The notes beneath the pieces were generated by a model that did no database searches, was not told the DNA's origin, and saw only the letters and a list, made by a program, of their open reading frames with translations. Both the position numbers and the translations under genes were made by a program. 64,000 bases of DNA, taken from NCBI GenBank assembly GCA_963780185.1, contig CAWABA010000007.1, positions 32,001 to 96,000 on the forward strand, written 5' to 3'. The stretch is from Candidatus Bathyarchaeota archaeon. GTDB lineage: Archaea; Thermoproteota; Bathyarchaeia; Bathyarchaeales; Bathycorpusculaceae. Of this stretch, positions 1 through 8,850 are shown piece after piece; positions within the stretch are counted from its first letter, which is position 1; every line of letters starts with the position of its first letter.

Positions 1-455
1 CCGCCTCCGATGACTACGGCTCTCTTGTCAAAGTAAAGCAGCCCAGGCGCGGATTTGCGTGTCGCGGCAATCTTGGCTTTAAATCCTGCCTTCTTGATTT
101 TCTCTGTAAGCGTTCGGGTAGCCGTTGCGATTCCGCTCATCCGTGAAAGCAGATTCAACATGGTTCTCTCGGCGGATAGAATTGTCTGTGCATTGCCCGA
201 GATTTCCATAAGCACCTGTTTGTTTTTGACTGCGTCTCCATCAGCCACTTTAGCCTTAACCTTCAACCCCAAATACTCAGCAAGAACAGTGACTTCTTCG
301 ATTCCCGCAGCAACCCCGTTCTCCTTCGCAACCAAAACCGCGTTCACGTTCAAGTTTGCTGGGATTAGCGCTTGGACAGTGACGTCGCCTAAACCTACGT
401 CGTCTGCGAGTATTTGTCTGAGTTTCTCTTCACGGATTTTTCGGGGAACAAACAT
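1..455 (-). CDS. nadC: nicotinate-nucleotide pyrophosphorylase (quinolinate phosphoribosyltransferase), 5' part; runs off the window
   Basis: Manual minus-strand translation MFVPRKIREEKLRQILADDVGLGDVT...ILSAERTMLNLLSRMSGIAT...AATRKSAPG; not in the ORF track because it is truncated. Confidence 0.9.
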   Translation of the reverse strand, partial: MFVPRKIREEKLRQILADDVGLGDVTVQALIPANLNVNAVLVAKENGVAAGIEEVTVLAEYLGLKVKAKVADGDAVKNKQVLMEISGNAQTILSAERTMLNLLSRMSGIATATRTLTEKIKKAGFKAKIAATRKSAPGLLYFDKRAVVIGG

Positions 456-553
456 AACAATTTAGTGTTAGCTACTAGCTTAAAACTGCTTTTACGTTCT
501 TAGACGCAATATGGGCATAGTTAAAATAAAACTTTGATGTATACCTATGCGCT

Positions 554-1693
554 ATGCGGTTACTGTTTAGCTGTTCAGAGCTTGGCTTAGGCCACGTTTC
601 CCGTATCATTCCCCTAGGGAAACGGCTACAGAACCGCGGTCACGAAATGTTTTTTTTCTCAGGAGGCAAAGCATACGACCTGCTGCAGAAAGAGTTCAGC
701 CACGTCTACAAATGTACGCCGATTTCATGGTATGAGAACGCACACGGCATAATCACCTCGGCATCGCTCGTTAACATGCTTTTGCCGCTTCCATTGTTTA
801 ACTTCGAGAAGAACAGGCTGGAAATAAAAAACTCCAACGCCTGGGAAACAATCCACCGCTACTACGACCTGCGAGAAAACATCAATGAATTGGCGCCTGA
901 CATGCTGATTGCCGACGGCGACATAAACGCGCTTAGGCTCTCTCAAAGGTGGGGTTTCCCCTCAGTTTACATAGCTAACATGATTAGGCCCAGTTACGGT
1001 TTCTCTGCTTTCCTCAACCCAGGCGAAAGACTCGTTGAACGCTACGTTAAGAAATGCTCAAAAATAATCATCCCCGACAACCCGCCGCCATACACGATTT
1101 CGGAGTACAGCATCGGAAACATCGACAGCATGGGCTTAGGCGACGAAGTTGAGTACGTAGGAAGCTTCGTTGACACGTCACCCGTCGAAGGAGGCAAAGA
1201 ACATATTTTTGCACCCATAAGCGGACCGCCCGGCACAAGAGCCAAGATGCTCAAGACCCTGCTGCCTGTCCTCAAGAAAATGAAGACCAAATGTATCATC
1301 AGTTTGGGGACGCCGGGAAAGAAATCCTCAGCCAAAATCGGGAACTGTGAACTTCACACTTGGCTGTCTGCTGAGGAACGGGCGGAATACATGAGAAACG
1401 CAAAGTTCGTTATCTTCAGCGGGGGACACGCAACCTGCTTTGAAACTGTAAAGTACGCGAAACCCAGTATATGCATCCCAACGCAGCCCGAGCAGCTTGG
1501 CAATGCGGCTAAACTGCAAGACCTTGACTGCTCAATAACTGTCAAGAACCAAAAGCAGCTTGAGAAGGCGGTTGCAAGAATGGAGAATGATCAGGATTCT
1601 TTTGACAAAAACATGTTGTCGCTTAACAAGTTCTCCAACAAGTACCGGGGCTTAGACAGGGCACAAACGATTGTTGAAACCCTGCTGGATTAA
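554..1693 (+). CDS. GT-B glycosyltransferase (MJ1255/GT28-like)
   Basis: N-terminal GLGHVSR; C-terminal GGHAT..E...KP..CIP..Q.EQ..NA motif. Confidence 0.8.
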   Translation: MRLLFSCSELGLGHVSRIIPLGKRLQNRGHEMFFFSGGKAYDLLQKEFSHVYKCTPISWYENAHGIITSASLVNMLLPLPLFNFEKNRLEIKNSNAWETIHRYYDLRENINELAPDMLIADGDINALRLSQRWGFPSVYIANMIRPSYGFSAFLNPGERLVERYVKKCSKIIIPDNPPPYTISEYSIGNIDSMGLGDEVEYVGSFVDTSPVEGGKEHIFAPISGPPGTRAKMLKTLLPVLKKMKTKCIISLGTPGKKSSAKIGNCELHTWLSAEERAEYMRNAKFVIFSGGHATCFETVKYAKPSICIPTQPEQLGNAAKLQDLDCSITVKNQKQLEKAVARMENDQDSFDKNMLSLNKFSNKYRGLDRAQTIVETLLD

Positions 1694-1699
1694 TCGGTT

Positions 1700-2323
1700 T
1701 TATTTGTTTAGGCTTAAGCGGTTGATTTCGCCCATAGGCGACTCTTCCTCAAAAATTATGGCTTTGAACTTGTAGATTTTAGCGTCTTTTGTGAGCCATG
1801 TGTCAGGGGGGAGTCCTGCTTTGACGCAGCATTGGCACAAAAATTCTTCTTCGCACCATCTCCATTCAACAGGCACCTGAGGAAGAAGTAACCCTTTGTA
1901 GAAGCCTCTTTCAACAATCAACCCGTCTTCCCCAACCTTGATTTTGCCGAGGTACTCTTTCGGGTTGTCAACTTTGACGGGTTCCGGCGGCGTCAGAACG
2001 CTGACCTCAAAAACAACCTTGCCTAACTCGTCAAGGCTTAACGATTCGAATCTTGGGTCTTCAGTCGAAGCATTAATGGCTGAGTCAATCACGGCTTCCA
2101 CAAGCGGGCTTGTCGGGTAAGGGTAGCCGATGCAGCCGCGAAGCTCCTTCTCACCGTTCCTGAGGCTGTTTATGGTGACGAAGACACCGCAGCGTTCAAA
2201 CAGCTTCTTGGGCGTGTCTTTGGGCGGCTTTAGGATTTTTCCGTTATCCAGATATTCCTTAACCGTGTTTCTTGCCAAGTTGATTAAGAATTTTCCTTCA
2301 TCTAAGCTTAGTTCAAACGACAT
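1700..2323 (-). CDS. AMMECR1-domain protein
   Basis: GVFVT, LRGCIG, DPRF, LLLPQV motifs. Confidence 0.92.
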   Translation of the reverse strand: MSFELSLDEGKFLINLARNTVKEYLDNGKILKPPKDTPKKLFERCGVFVTINSLRNGEKELRGCIGYPYPTSPLVEAVIDSAINASTEDPRFESLSLDELGKVVFEVSVLTPPEPVKVDNPKEYLGKIKVGEDGLIVERGFYKGLLLPQVPVEWRWCEEEFLCQCCVKAGLPPDTWLTKDAKIYKFKAIIFEEESPMGEINRLSLNK

Positions 2324-2402
2324 AGTTTCCGCCTCTGAGTCATTTGCAGCGCGTAGGCGCCGCTGAGTGACAGGAAGAATAAGTTTGGGCGGAAAAGCTG
2401 GT

Positions 2403-3095
2403 TTAGAACTTTATGGATTCTTCTTTGACGCCGTCTTTAGTTATGGTGAGGAAATCTATGCCGTCGCCGCTCATTGAGTCTCTGCTGATTGCCGATTTTA
2501 TTGCTCGAGTTACGAGGTCTTTTGTTTGTTCCTCGGTCATGGTTTCTTTGTAGGCTTCTTCAATGACTCCGATGGCGATTTCTGTTCCTGTGCCGACAGC
2601 CGCGTATTTGTCAGGGATAAGTGATCCTAAAACGTCAAGCACGAAGAGTGCTGGTCCGTCTTCATCTAAGCCGCCTATGATTGTCTGGGTGAAAAGCGGC
2701 GCGTATCGACGGTTGAATAGGACATTGGCTAAAAGTTTAGATGCTGCACGCACAGTGATTTTTCTGCCTGTGTCCATGCTGAAAAGGTTGGCTTGCGCTT
2801 CCATTTCTTTGGCGAGAATCTGCATGTCGCCGACGAGACCTGCGCAGGCTACGCCGATTCGGTCTGTTATTTTGAAAACTTTTTTTCCGCCTTTGCTCAT
2901 AACGAAGTAACCGTAAGTTACTCTTTTCTCTGAGGCTAAGAGCACTCCGCCTTTGAAGACAACGCCGACTGTGGTGGCGCCTGGCATCCAAGCCATTCCG
3001 CCTTGCTGAGCCTGCTGTTGCTGTTGATCCTGCTGCATCTGTGGATACTGCGGAATCTGCGGTATGTCTGGTAGTTGTGGTCCGTAACCTTCCAT
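2403..3095 (-). CDS. psmB: 20S proteasome beta subunit, probably the non-catalytic paralog
   Basis: GATTVGVVF..GVLLASEKR, AISRDSMSGDG; start taken at ATG 3095. Confidence 0.9.
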   Translation of the reverse strand: MEGYGPQLPDIPQIPQYPQMQQDQQQQQAQQGGMAWMPGATTVGVVFKGGVLLASEKRVTYGYFVMSKGGKKVFKITDRIGVACAGLVGDMQILAKEMEAQANLFSMDTGRKITVRAASKLLANVLFNRRYAPLFTQTIIGGLDEDGPALFVLDVLGSLIPDKYAAVGTGTEIAIGVIEEAYKETMTEEQTKDLVTRAIKSAISRDSMSGDGIDFLTITKDGVKEESIKF

Positions 3096-3209
3096 AATTT
3101 TCGCCTTTTCCCGTTGATATACACAAGACAAATTATTAAGGTTACTTATATCCATTAATCTCATCGTCTACTCCGTCAGTTGGCGATGAAGCGTTGAAAA
3201 ACGGCTCAA

Positions 3210-3819
3210 GTGAAAGCTATGATCAAAATCTACACACAAAACCTTGAAGGCGTTTGGTTCGGAGTCGCCTGCGACCAACAGCAAATCGCTGCATCATCTT
3301 TCGGGGCAAGTCAACAAGGGACCTTAGGCGGCCTACTTGAGACTATTCCATACAATGCGCCTTTCCAAGTTTTCGATAAGCCTTCACACTTCGCCGAAGA
3401 CGCCTTGGTTTGCTTAAAGAAAATTTATGCAGGAGAACCTGTTGACGCCAGCCCTCCATTAGCCTACGCGCATCTGCCAGCCTACACGCAAAAGGTGCTC
3501 AAAGCAACCATGCAGATTCCGCTCGGCTACGTCACATCCTACGGAGAAATCGCCAAAGCAGTAGGCGGCAGCCCAAGAGCAGTGGGAAACGTTATGGCTA
3601 CAAACCCCTTCGCACCCATTGTTCCCTGCCACAGAGTCGTCAAATCAGACCTTACGCTTAGGCGGATACGGCGGAGGCTTAAAGGTTAAGATTGAGCTTT
3701 TAGGTCGGGAGAGCCGCGGTTTTTCAAGCCTCAAACAGGTGCAGGTAGATGGTGGAGCCTTCACGGTTTTCCCAGCTGAACATGTTCTTAAAAACTTGGT
3801 TTCACGCGGATTTTTGTGA
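3210..3819 (+). CDS. ogt: methylated-DNA--protein-cysteine methyltransferase, split by a +1 frameshift near 3655
   Basis: YGEIA, PRAVG, PCHRVV in the first frame; the expected LGGYGGG..K..LL..E continues in the +1 frame. Confidence 0.85.
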
Positions 3820-3868
3820 GCGCAAATCATAAAAGCATGCGGGCTTAACGTCAAATGGCGATTGCAGT

Positions 3869-4396
3869 TTGGTTACTCGTGGTCTTTACGTTGGCAGGTT
3901 TCAGCCTTTCCATTTGGGGCATCTTGGCGCTGTGAAGGCAGTGCTCAAGGAAGTTGATGAGTTAGTCATAGTCATCGGCAGTGCCCAGTACAGTCACAAA
4001 CCGCACAACCCGTTTACAGCTGGCGAAAGGCTATCCATGATAAGGGGTGCTCTGCAAGAAGCCAAGCTGAGCCCCCAAAAGCTTTGGGTTGTGCCAGTAC
4101 CAGATGTTCACCTGCATATGCTGTGGGTAAGCGCAGTTGAAGGCTACACCCCAAAATTCAACGTTTGCTACTCCAATGAGGCATTGACGCAGAGGCTTTT
4201 TTCGGAGGCAGGCTACCCAATCAAGAAGATACCGTTTTTCGACAGAAAACAGTACATGTCCACAGTGATTAGGGAAAAAATGCTTAAATGCGACGACGGC
4301 TGGGTGGAGCTTGTTCCCAAAAGCGTCGCTGACTTCATCAGGGAAATAGACGGCGTCAACAGGCTCCGTGACCTGGCAAGAACAGACAAAGGCTAA
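3869..4396 (+). CDS. nadM: nicotinamide-nucleotide adenylyltransferase
   Basis: GRFQPFHLGH, IGSAQ, NPFTAGER motifs. Confidence 0.93.
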   Translation: MVTRGLYVGRFQPFHLGHLGAVKAVLKEVDELVIVIGSAQYSHKPHNPFTAGERLSMIRGALQEAKLSPQKLWVVPVPDVHLHMLWVSAVEGYTPKFNVCYSNEALTQRLFSEAGYPIKKIPFFDRKQYMSTVIREKMLKCDDGWVELVPKSVADFIREIDGVNRLRDLARTDKG

Positions 4397-4401
4397 AGAG
4401 G

Positions 4402-4962
4402 CTACACAACTATTTTTTCGGGCGAAGCCTTATGGTAAAACTGCCAGGCTGAAAAGTAAGCCACGATTACAACCAGCAACTCGACAAATATGCCTAAGCC
4501 GATGCTTGATAAGGCGAAGAAGTTGTTTGCTGCGTGAAGCGCCACGGAAATCAGGTAGTAGGGCAGCGGGTTCTTTTTGGCTATGCCGTAGGCGGTTATC
4601 GATGCGCTTGACGCGTGGAAAATGACGCCTGGAACTCTCGCAATCGGGGGAACATGTAAGAAGACGACGTACAGGAAAAACTCGGAGATGCCGAAGCCGA
4701 GCCCGATTAAGACGCCTAAAGTCACTATGGACCGTTCGGTTTCGCCGTGCCTGTAGAATAGCGGGAAAACCTTGGCTAGTTCTTCCACGAAGGGCGCAAT
4801 GAGCGCCGTAGATATGATGACGGGGACGTACGGGTAAACGTTTGAAAAAAACAAAGCCATAGGGACGCTTACAAGTATGCCTGAAATGAAAAAGAACGAT
4901 AGCTCTTTTCTGCTCGGCTTGTGAAGCGGTATAACGCATTGATGCAGCGGCTCATTTCCCAT
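4402..4962 (-). CDS. PrsW-family intramembrane protease
   Basis: APFVEELAK, GLGFG..E, H..S, LHAANN; hydrophobic helices. Confidence 0.8.
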   Translation of the reverse strand: MGNEPLHQCVIPLHKPSRKELSFFFISGILVSVPMALFFSNVYPYVPVIISTALIAPFVEELAKVFPLFYRHGETERSIVTLGVLIGLGFGISEFFLYVVFLHVPPIARVPGVIFHASSASITAYGIAKKNPLPYYLISVALHAANNFFALSSIGLGIFVELLVVIVAYFSAWQFYHKASPEKIVV

Positions 4963-5078
4963 AGAAATTTGCTTCCTAAAAGAAATTGAAGTTACCAGTT
5001 GCTTATCAACGTTTTCTACTTACCACAGCGCTAAAATACGGGGTACTGTCACACTACTGAGTAGGTTGTGTACCCCAA

Positions 5079-5561
5079 ATGAACTCAGTCATAGTCTTAT
5101 TTTCGTATCACCATAAAAACACAGAGAAAATCGCCCAAACAATCGCCAAGGTTATCGGCGCAGAAATAAAAACTCCCGAGCAAACAGACCCAAACACCCT
5201 TGCTAGCTTCGACCTTGTAGGCTTCGGCTCAGGCGTCTACTTTGGAAAACTCGGCAAACCCCTTCTTGAACTCGCCGACAAAATCCCTCAAGCCGCAGGC
5301 AAAAAAGCATTCATCTTCTCCACCAGCGGAAGCGCAGGAAAAGGCGCAGCCAAATTTCACAAATCTCTCAAGAAGAAACTTGAGGCGAAAGGTTACAGCG
5401 TCGTCGGAGAATTTAACTGCGCTGCCTTTGACACTTTCGGGCCGTTCAAACTCATCGGCGGCACACACAAGGGCAGACCAAACGCCGAAGACCTAAAGCA
5501 AGCCGAAGGTTTCGCACAAGCCTTAACGAGGAACGAATCACCCAGTTTATTCTTGGAGTAA
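5079..5561 (+). CDS. flavodoxin-family protein
   Basis: SYHHKNTEKIA, GFGSGVY, GRPN.EDL. Confidence 0.85.
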   Translation: MNSVIVLFSYHHKNTEKIAQTIAKVIGAEIKTPEQTDPNTLASFDLVGFGSGVYFGKLGKPLLELADKIPQAAGKKAFIFSTSGSAGKGAAKFHKSLKKKLEAKGYSVVGEFNCAAFDTFGPFKLIGGTHKGRPNAEDLKQAEGFAQALTRNESPSLFLE

Positions 5562-5568
5562 AAGTCCG

Positions 5569-6939
5569 CTAGAAGCCTGCTGTTAACGGGTCAAGCGGCT
5601 TCATCAGCTCCCGAAGAAGCACAGTCGCGTAGCAACCTCTCTGCAACATGAAGCTTAGCTCGGCTTCGCAGCCTTCGCCTTCGGAGTCTGCTGAAACATG
5701 GAACTTGAAGTCTTTGACAGGTGCCGCCGCCGTTCGCAAACCGCCCCTGCCGCCGACGCTTGACAGCGGATTAACTCGCATGTCCTCAAGCCTTATTTTT
5801 TCCTCCTCAAGAACCTCCCGCTCAATCTGCCTCATAACGCCTTCAGAAAGCTTCTGACTTACCCCGATAATCGGCAAAGCGACACGCATCTTTCCAGCCT
5901 TGATTTGCTCATTAACTGCATCTTCGGTTGGGGATGTTACAATTTTCGACATCTTCGTCAACGGCAAACCCGACCGCTCGACTCCGACAACGTAGTCCCC
6001 CGCTTCAGCTCTGTTCAAAGCGTAGCCCTGCGCCAGCCGCTGGCTGAGGAAGCGGTTAAACAAGTAGGATTGGTGTGCTTGAACGAAAAGCTGCTGAAGC
6101 TTGAGGGGCAGCTTTTGGAAGGCACCAAAGAAGTCTTCAGGTTCATCGGCTAAGTGACTCAGCATCAACCGCTCAAAACGAAGCTGCCTCGGAAAATCTT
6201 CCAGCGCCTGCCTAAAATCGCATGTTTCCCCAAGCTGCCGGCGTGCCAGCCTTGAAGCTGGATGCTCATACTTGCTTGACTTCGCCAGAAAAAGTATCGC
6301 CGCCTCCCTGAAGTCGCCTCCGACGATGGCTTTTCCAACCAAATGTGTGATGGGGCGGCTGGTTCCGAAGCGTTGGTGCCCAAAAAAGTTTGGAATGCCC
6401 CCTGCAGCGTCGATTTCCCCGATGGCTTGGGCGATGCGTGTTTCAACGGTTGATTTCTGGAGTTTGATGGCTTTGATTCTTGTTGTGAAGTTGTTGCCGA
6501 GTAAGTAGTAGGTTGAAAGGGCTTCGCGAACGTAGCCAATGGGGATGACCTGTATGTCTTTGACGTCGACTTTTGCGGCATCCTCCAATGTGACCCCGTC
6601 GACCGTGAAGTGCTGTGCCGTGATGGCTTTGGCGTCTTTTATGCCTGCAATCTGGATGCGACCCTGATCTATGCCAAGCTGCTTTGCCACGTTCTTGACG
6701 GCTATAAAAGTGTCCCAGTTGCGTTTAACAAGCACGCAAAGCAAAAACCGTTGCCGTCCAAGAGTGGAACCCAAAACCTTGCTGGTAACCGATCCGTTCA
6801 CCTGTGCCTTTGAGCCGTCAACAAGAACTTCCTCAACCACAAAATCCTCGACTTCTTCGCGGATGACGCCGCCGACGCCTAAGCTTTTGGTCAGGTAAAC
6901 TTCGAGGCCGAGTTCTTTTTCAAGGGAAGACACAGGCAA
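5569..6939 (-). CDS. truD: tRNA pseudouridine(13) synthase
   Basis: EDFVVEE, AGIKDAKAITAQ, PNFFGHQRFG, F.L.RGCYATVLLRE. Confidence 0.95.
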   Translation of the reverse strand: MPVSSLEKELGLEVYLTKSLGVGGVIREEVEDFVVEEVLVDGSKAQVNGSVTSKVLGSTLGRQRFLLCVLVKRNWDTFIAVKNVAKQLGIDQGRIQIAGIKDAKAITAQHFTVDGVTLEDAAKVDVKDIQVIPIGYVREALSTYYLLGNNFTTRIKAIKLQKSTVETRIAQAIGEIDAAGGIPNFFGHQRFGTSRPITHLVGKAIVGGDFREAAILFLAKSSKYEHPASRLARRQLGETCDFRQALEDFPRQLRFERLMLSHLADEPEDFFGAFQKLPLKLQQLFVQAHQSYLFNRFLSQRLAQGYALNRAEAGDYVVGVERSGLPLTKMSKIVTSPTEDAVNEQIKAGKMRVALPIIGVSQKLSEGVMRQIEREVLEEEKIRLEDMRVNPLSSVGGRGGLRTAAAPVKDFKFHVSADSEGEGCEAELSFMLQRGCYATVLLRELMKPLDPLTAGF

Positions 6940-6949
6940 AAGGCTCGCC

Positions 6950-7312
6950 TTACAGTAATTGAAGGTCGCGCGTTAACTTGTCAATTAGTCCGTTTGGGGC
7001 GGGACCAATTCCCAAGCAAGTTACCGTGCCCTCAGGAACCTCGGTTAAGCCTCGGTCAACGATCAAAGCATGAGGCAAACCCAAATCGTCCGCTGCCGCC
7101 TCCAAGTCGCTGAGTTCTTTTTCGCCTGGAACCTTAACCGCAATTTTCCGCATCCCCTCATACATCCACGCTTCCCACCACTTCTTATGCTGCTCATGAG
7201 CCGCCTGCGCCGCGCAAATCGCCGCGTGCCCAGCTTGCGCCGCAATTTTTCCCTTACTCATCTTCAAATCGGTGCGGAAAACGAGTACTTGCTTGTATTC
7301 AAATTCGCCCAT
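6950..7312 (-). CDS. pth2: peptidyl-tRNA hydrolase Pth2
   Basis: DLKMSKGKIAAQAGHA, DRGLTEV, GIGP. Confidence 0.95.
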   Translation of the reverse strand: MGEFEYKQVLVFRTDLKMSKGKIAAQAGHAAICAAQAAHEQHKKWWEAWMYEGMRKIAVKVPGEKELSDLEAAADDLGLPHALIVDRGLTEVPEGTVTCLGIGPAPNGLIDKLTRDLQLL

Positions 7313-7346
7313 TGCATTTCCCGCCTTTATTTAGACAGCCCACATT

Positions 7347-8597
7347 TTAAGGGTTTGCAGACAAGTAAAGCAATGCAAAATACGCTAAGGCTGCAACCAT
7401 AGACGGTTTCGCAGCGGCTTTAAGCAGCATTTTTCCCTGAAAATCAATTTCATCCTCGTTCCGCAGCGCCTTGTCTACGCCTAGTTTGCCGCAGACCCGA
7501 AGCATCTCATCCACTTTCTCGTCAGATAAAGAATTAAGAAACCGTCTAAGTCGAAGCATAACGCTGAAGTCAAAACTCAACAGGTCCGAGCACTGCTTCC
7601 CATAAACCTGCAAGGCTTGGCTTGAAACGTCACCGAGCTGCAGGGCTTGGCTGGCGGTTTGCGCTGCGATTTTTGCGCATGTCAACCCGAAGATTACTCC
7701 GCCGCCCGTTGTCGGCTTAACCTGCGACGCACAGTCGCCTACCGCGAGAAACCCATCCGCGTAAGCCTTCTTGATTGGACCGCCCAAAGATATGGCGTGG
7801 TAGCTAACTTTGGTTATTTTGGCTTTGCCCAGCTGTTTCGAAGCCACGGGGTGCCTCGTCATAAGCGCTTCTAGGTAGTCTCTGGGGTTTCCCCGATTCG
7901 TCGCCAAACCCACCTTTGCGGTTCCGTCAAGCCTTGGAATGAGCCACCCGTAAAAACCAGACGCATAAGAATTGCCCAAGTAAACCTCCACTGCGTCGGG
8001 TTCGACGTCGCGTACATCTTCGACTTCGGCTTCAACCGAGTAAACCAGCCCCGCAGGCTTCAACGCCTTCAAGCCAGCTTGCCTTAAAAGCCTCGAAGAA
8101 ACGCCTTCGGAGTCCACGGTAATTTTAGAGGCAACCTGAGCCTCTTCTCCGCTGTTTCCTTGAATGTTTACTCCTTTGACGTAGCCGTCGCGGATGACAA
8201 GCGATTGGACGCGGGTGCCTAAGATGAAGCGTGCGCCTGCCTCTTCCGCCTGCTTAGCCAGATATTGGTCGAAACGTGCCCTGTTCAAGGCGCATGTTAC
8301 TGGTTGGGTTAGATGAATCGAGAATTTTGTTCCTTTTGGCGAGTAAAAGTTGGCTGTGCGAAAAGTGTTCTCAACTATTCCCTCGGGAAGCGGATACAGC
8401 CCCATACTTTTGAGGCTTCGAATGCTCAGGTGCCCCGCGCAGTGAGACGGGTACCCGATTTCGGGGTGATCTTCAAAAATCGTGGCTTTGACGCCTGCCT
8501 TGGCTAAATTTAAAGCTGCGTAGGAGCCGACAGGTCCGCCTCCGATGATAACGACGTCTGATGAGGCATCTGTCTGTCGGGTTGTGTGCTGAGTCAT
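7347..8597 (-). CDS. geranylgeranyl reductase-family FAD oxidoreductase
   Basis: GGGPVG FAD motif, CAG, YGWLIP, GD.A.QVKPTTGGG. Confidence 0.85.
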   Translation of the reverse strand: MTQHTTRQTDASSDVVIIGGGPVGSYAALNLAKAGVKATIFEDHPEIGYPSHCAGHLSIRSLKSMGLYPLPEGIVENTFRTANFYSPKGTKFSIHLTQPVTCALNRARFDQYLAKQAEEAGARFILGTRVQSLVIRDGYVKGVNIQGNSGEEAQVASKITVDSEGVSSRLLRQAGLKALKPAGLVYSVEAEVEDVRDVEPDAVEVYLGNSYASGFYGWLIPRLDGTAKVGLATNRGNPRDYLEALMTRHPVASKQLGKAKITKVSYHAISLGGPIKKAYADGFLAVGDCASQVKPTTGGGVIFGLTCAKIAAQTASQALQLGDVSSQALQVYGKQCSDLLSFDFSVMLRLRRFLNSLSDEKVDEMLRVCGKLGVDKALRNEDEIDFQGKMLLKAAAKPSMVAALAYFALLYLSANP

Positions 8598-8608
8598 CGT
8601 TACATTTG

Positions 8609-8839
8609 TTATTGGACTAGCTCGATTCGGCGTTTTCCACGTGCCAAGGAGGAAGTGCGGATTTTGCCTGTTACCTCGAGTTTGAGCAGAATGTCGTTGA
8701 AGTCTTTGAAGCCTAAGTCTTCGAATTCTCCTTTAACCTGAGTAAACAAGTCGTCGTCGGTCATGTCGCCCTTTTTCTTTAGGATTTCCAAAACTACAAA
8801 GTAGTCTGGTCGGGTTTTCCAAATTTTTATTTGAGGCAT
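8609..8839 (-). CDS. small winged-helix-like protein directly downstream of cdc48
   Basis: 76 aa MPQIKIWKTRP...LLKLEVTGKIR...KRRIEL; ATG 11 nt after the cdc48 stop. Confidence 0.7.
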   Translation of the reverse strand: MPQIKIWKTRPDYFVVLEILKKKGDMTDDDLFTQVKGEFEDLGFKDFNDILLKLEVTGKIRTSSLARGKRRIELVQ

Positions 8840-8850
8840 ACGTTTTCCTT

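Noticed and set aside
55-465. 136-aa plus-strand ORF
   Set aside because: Antisense shadow of nadC
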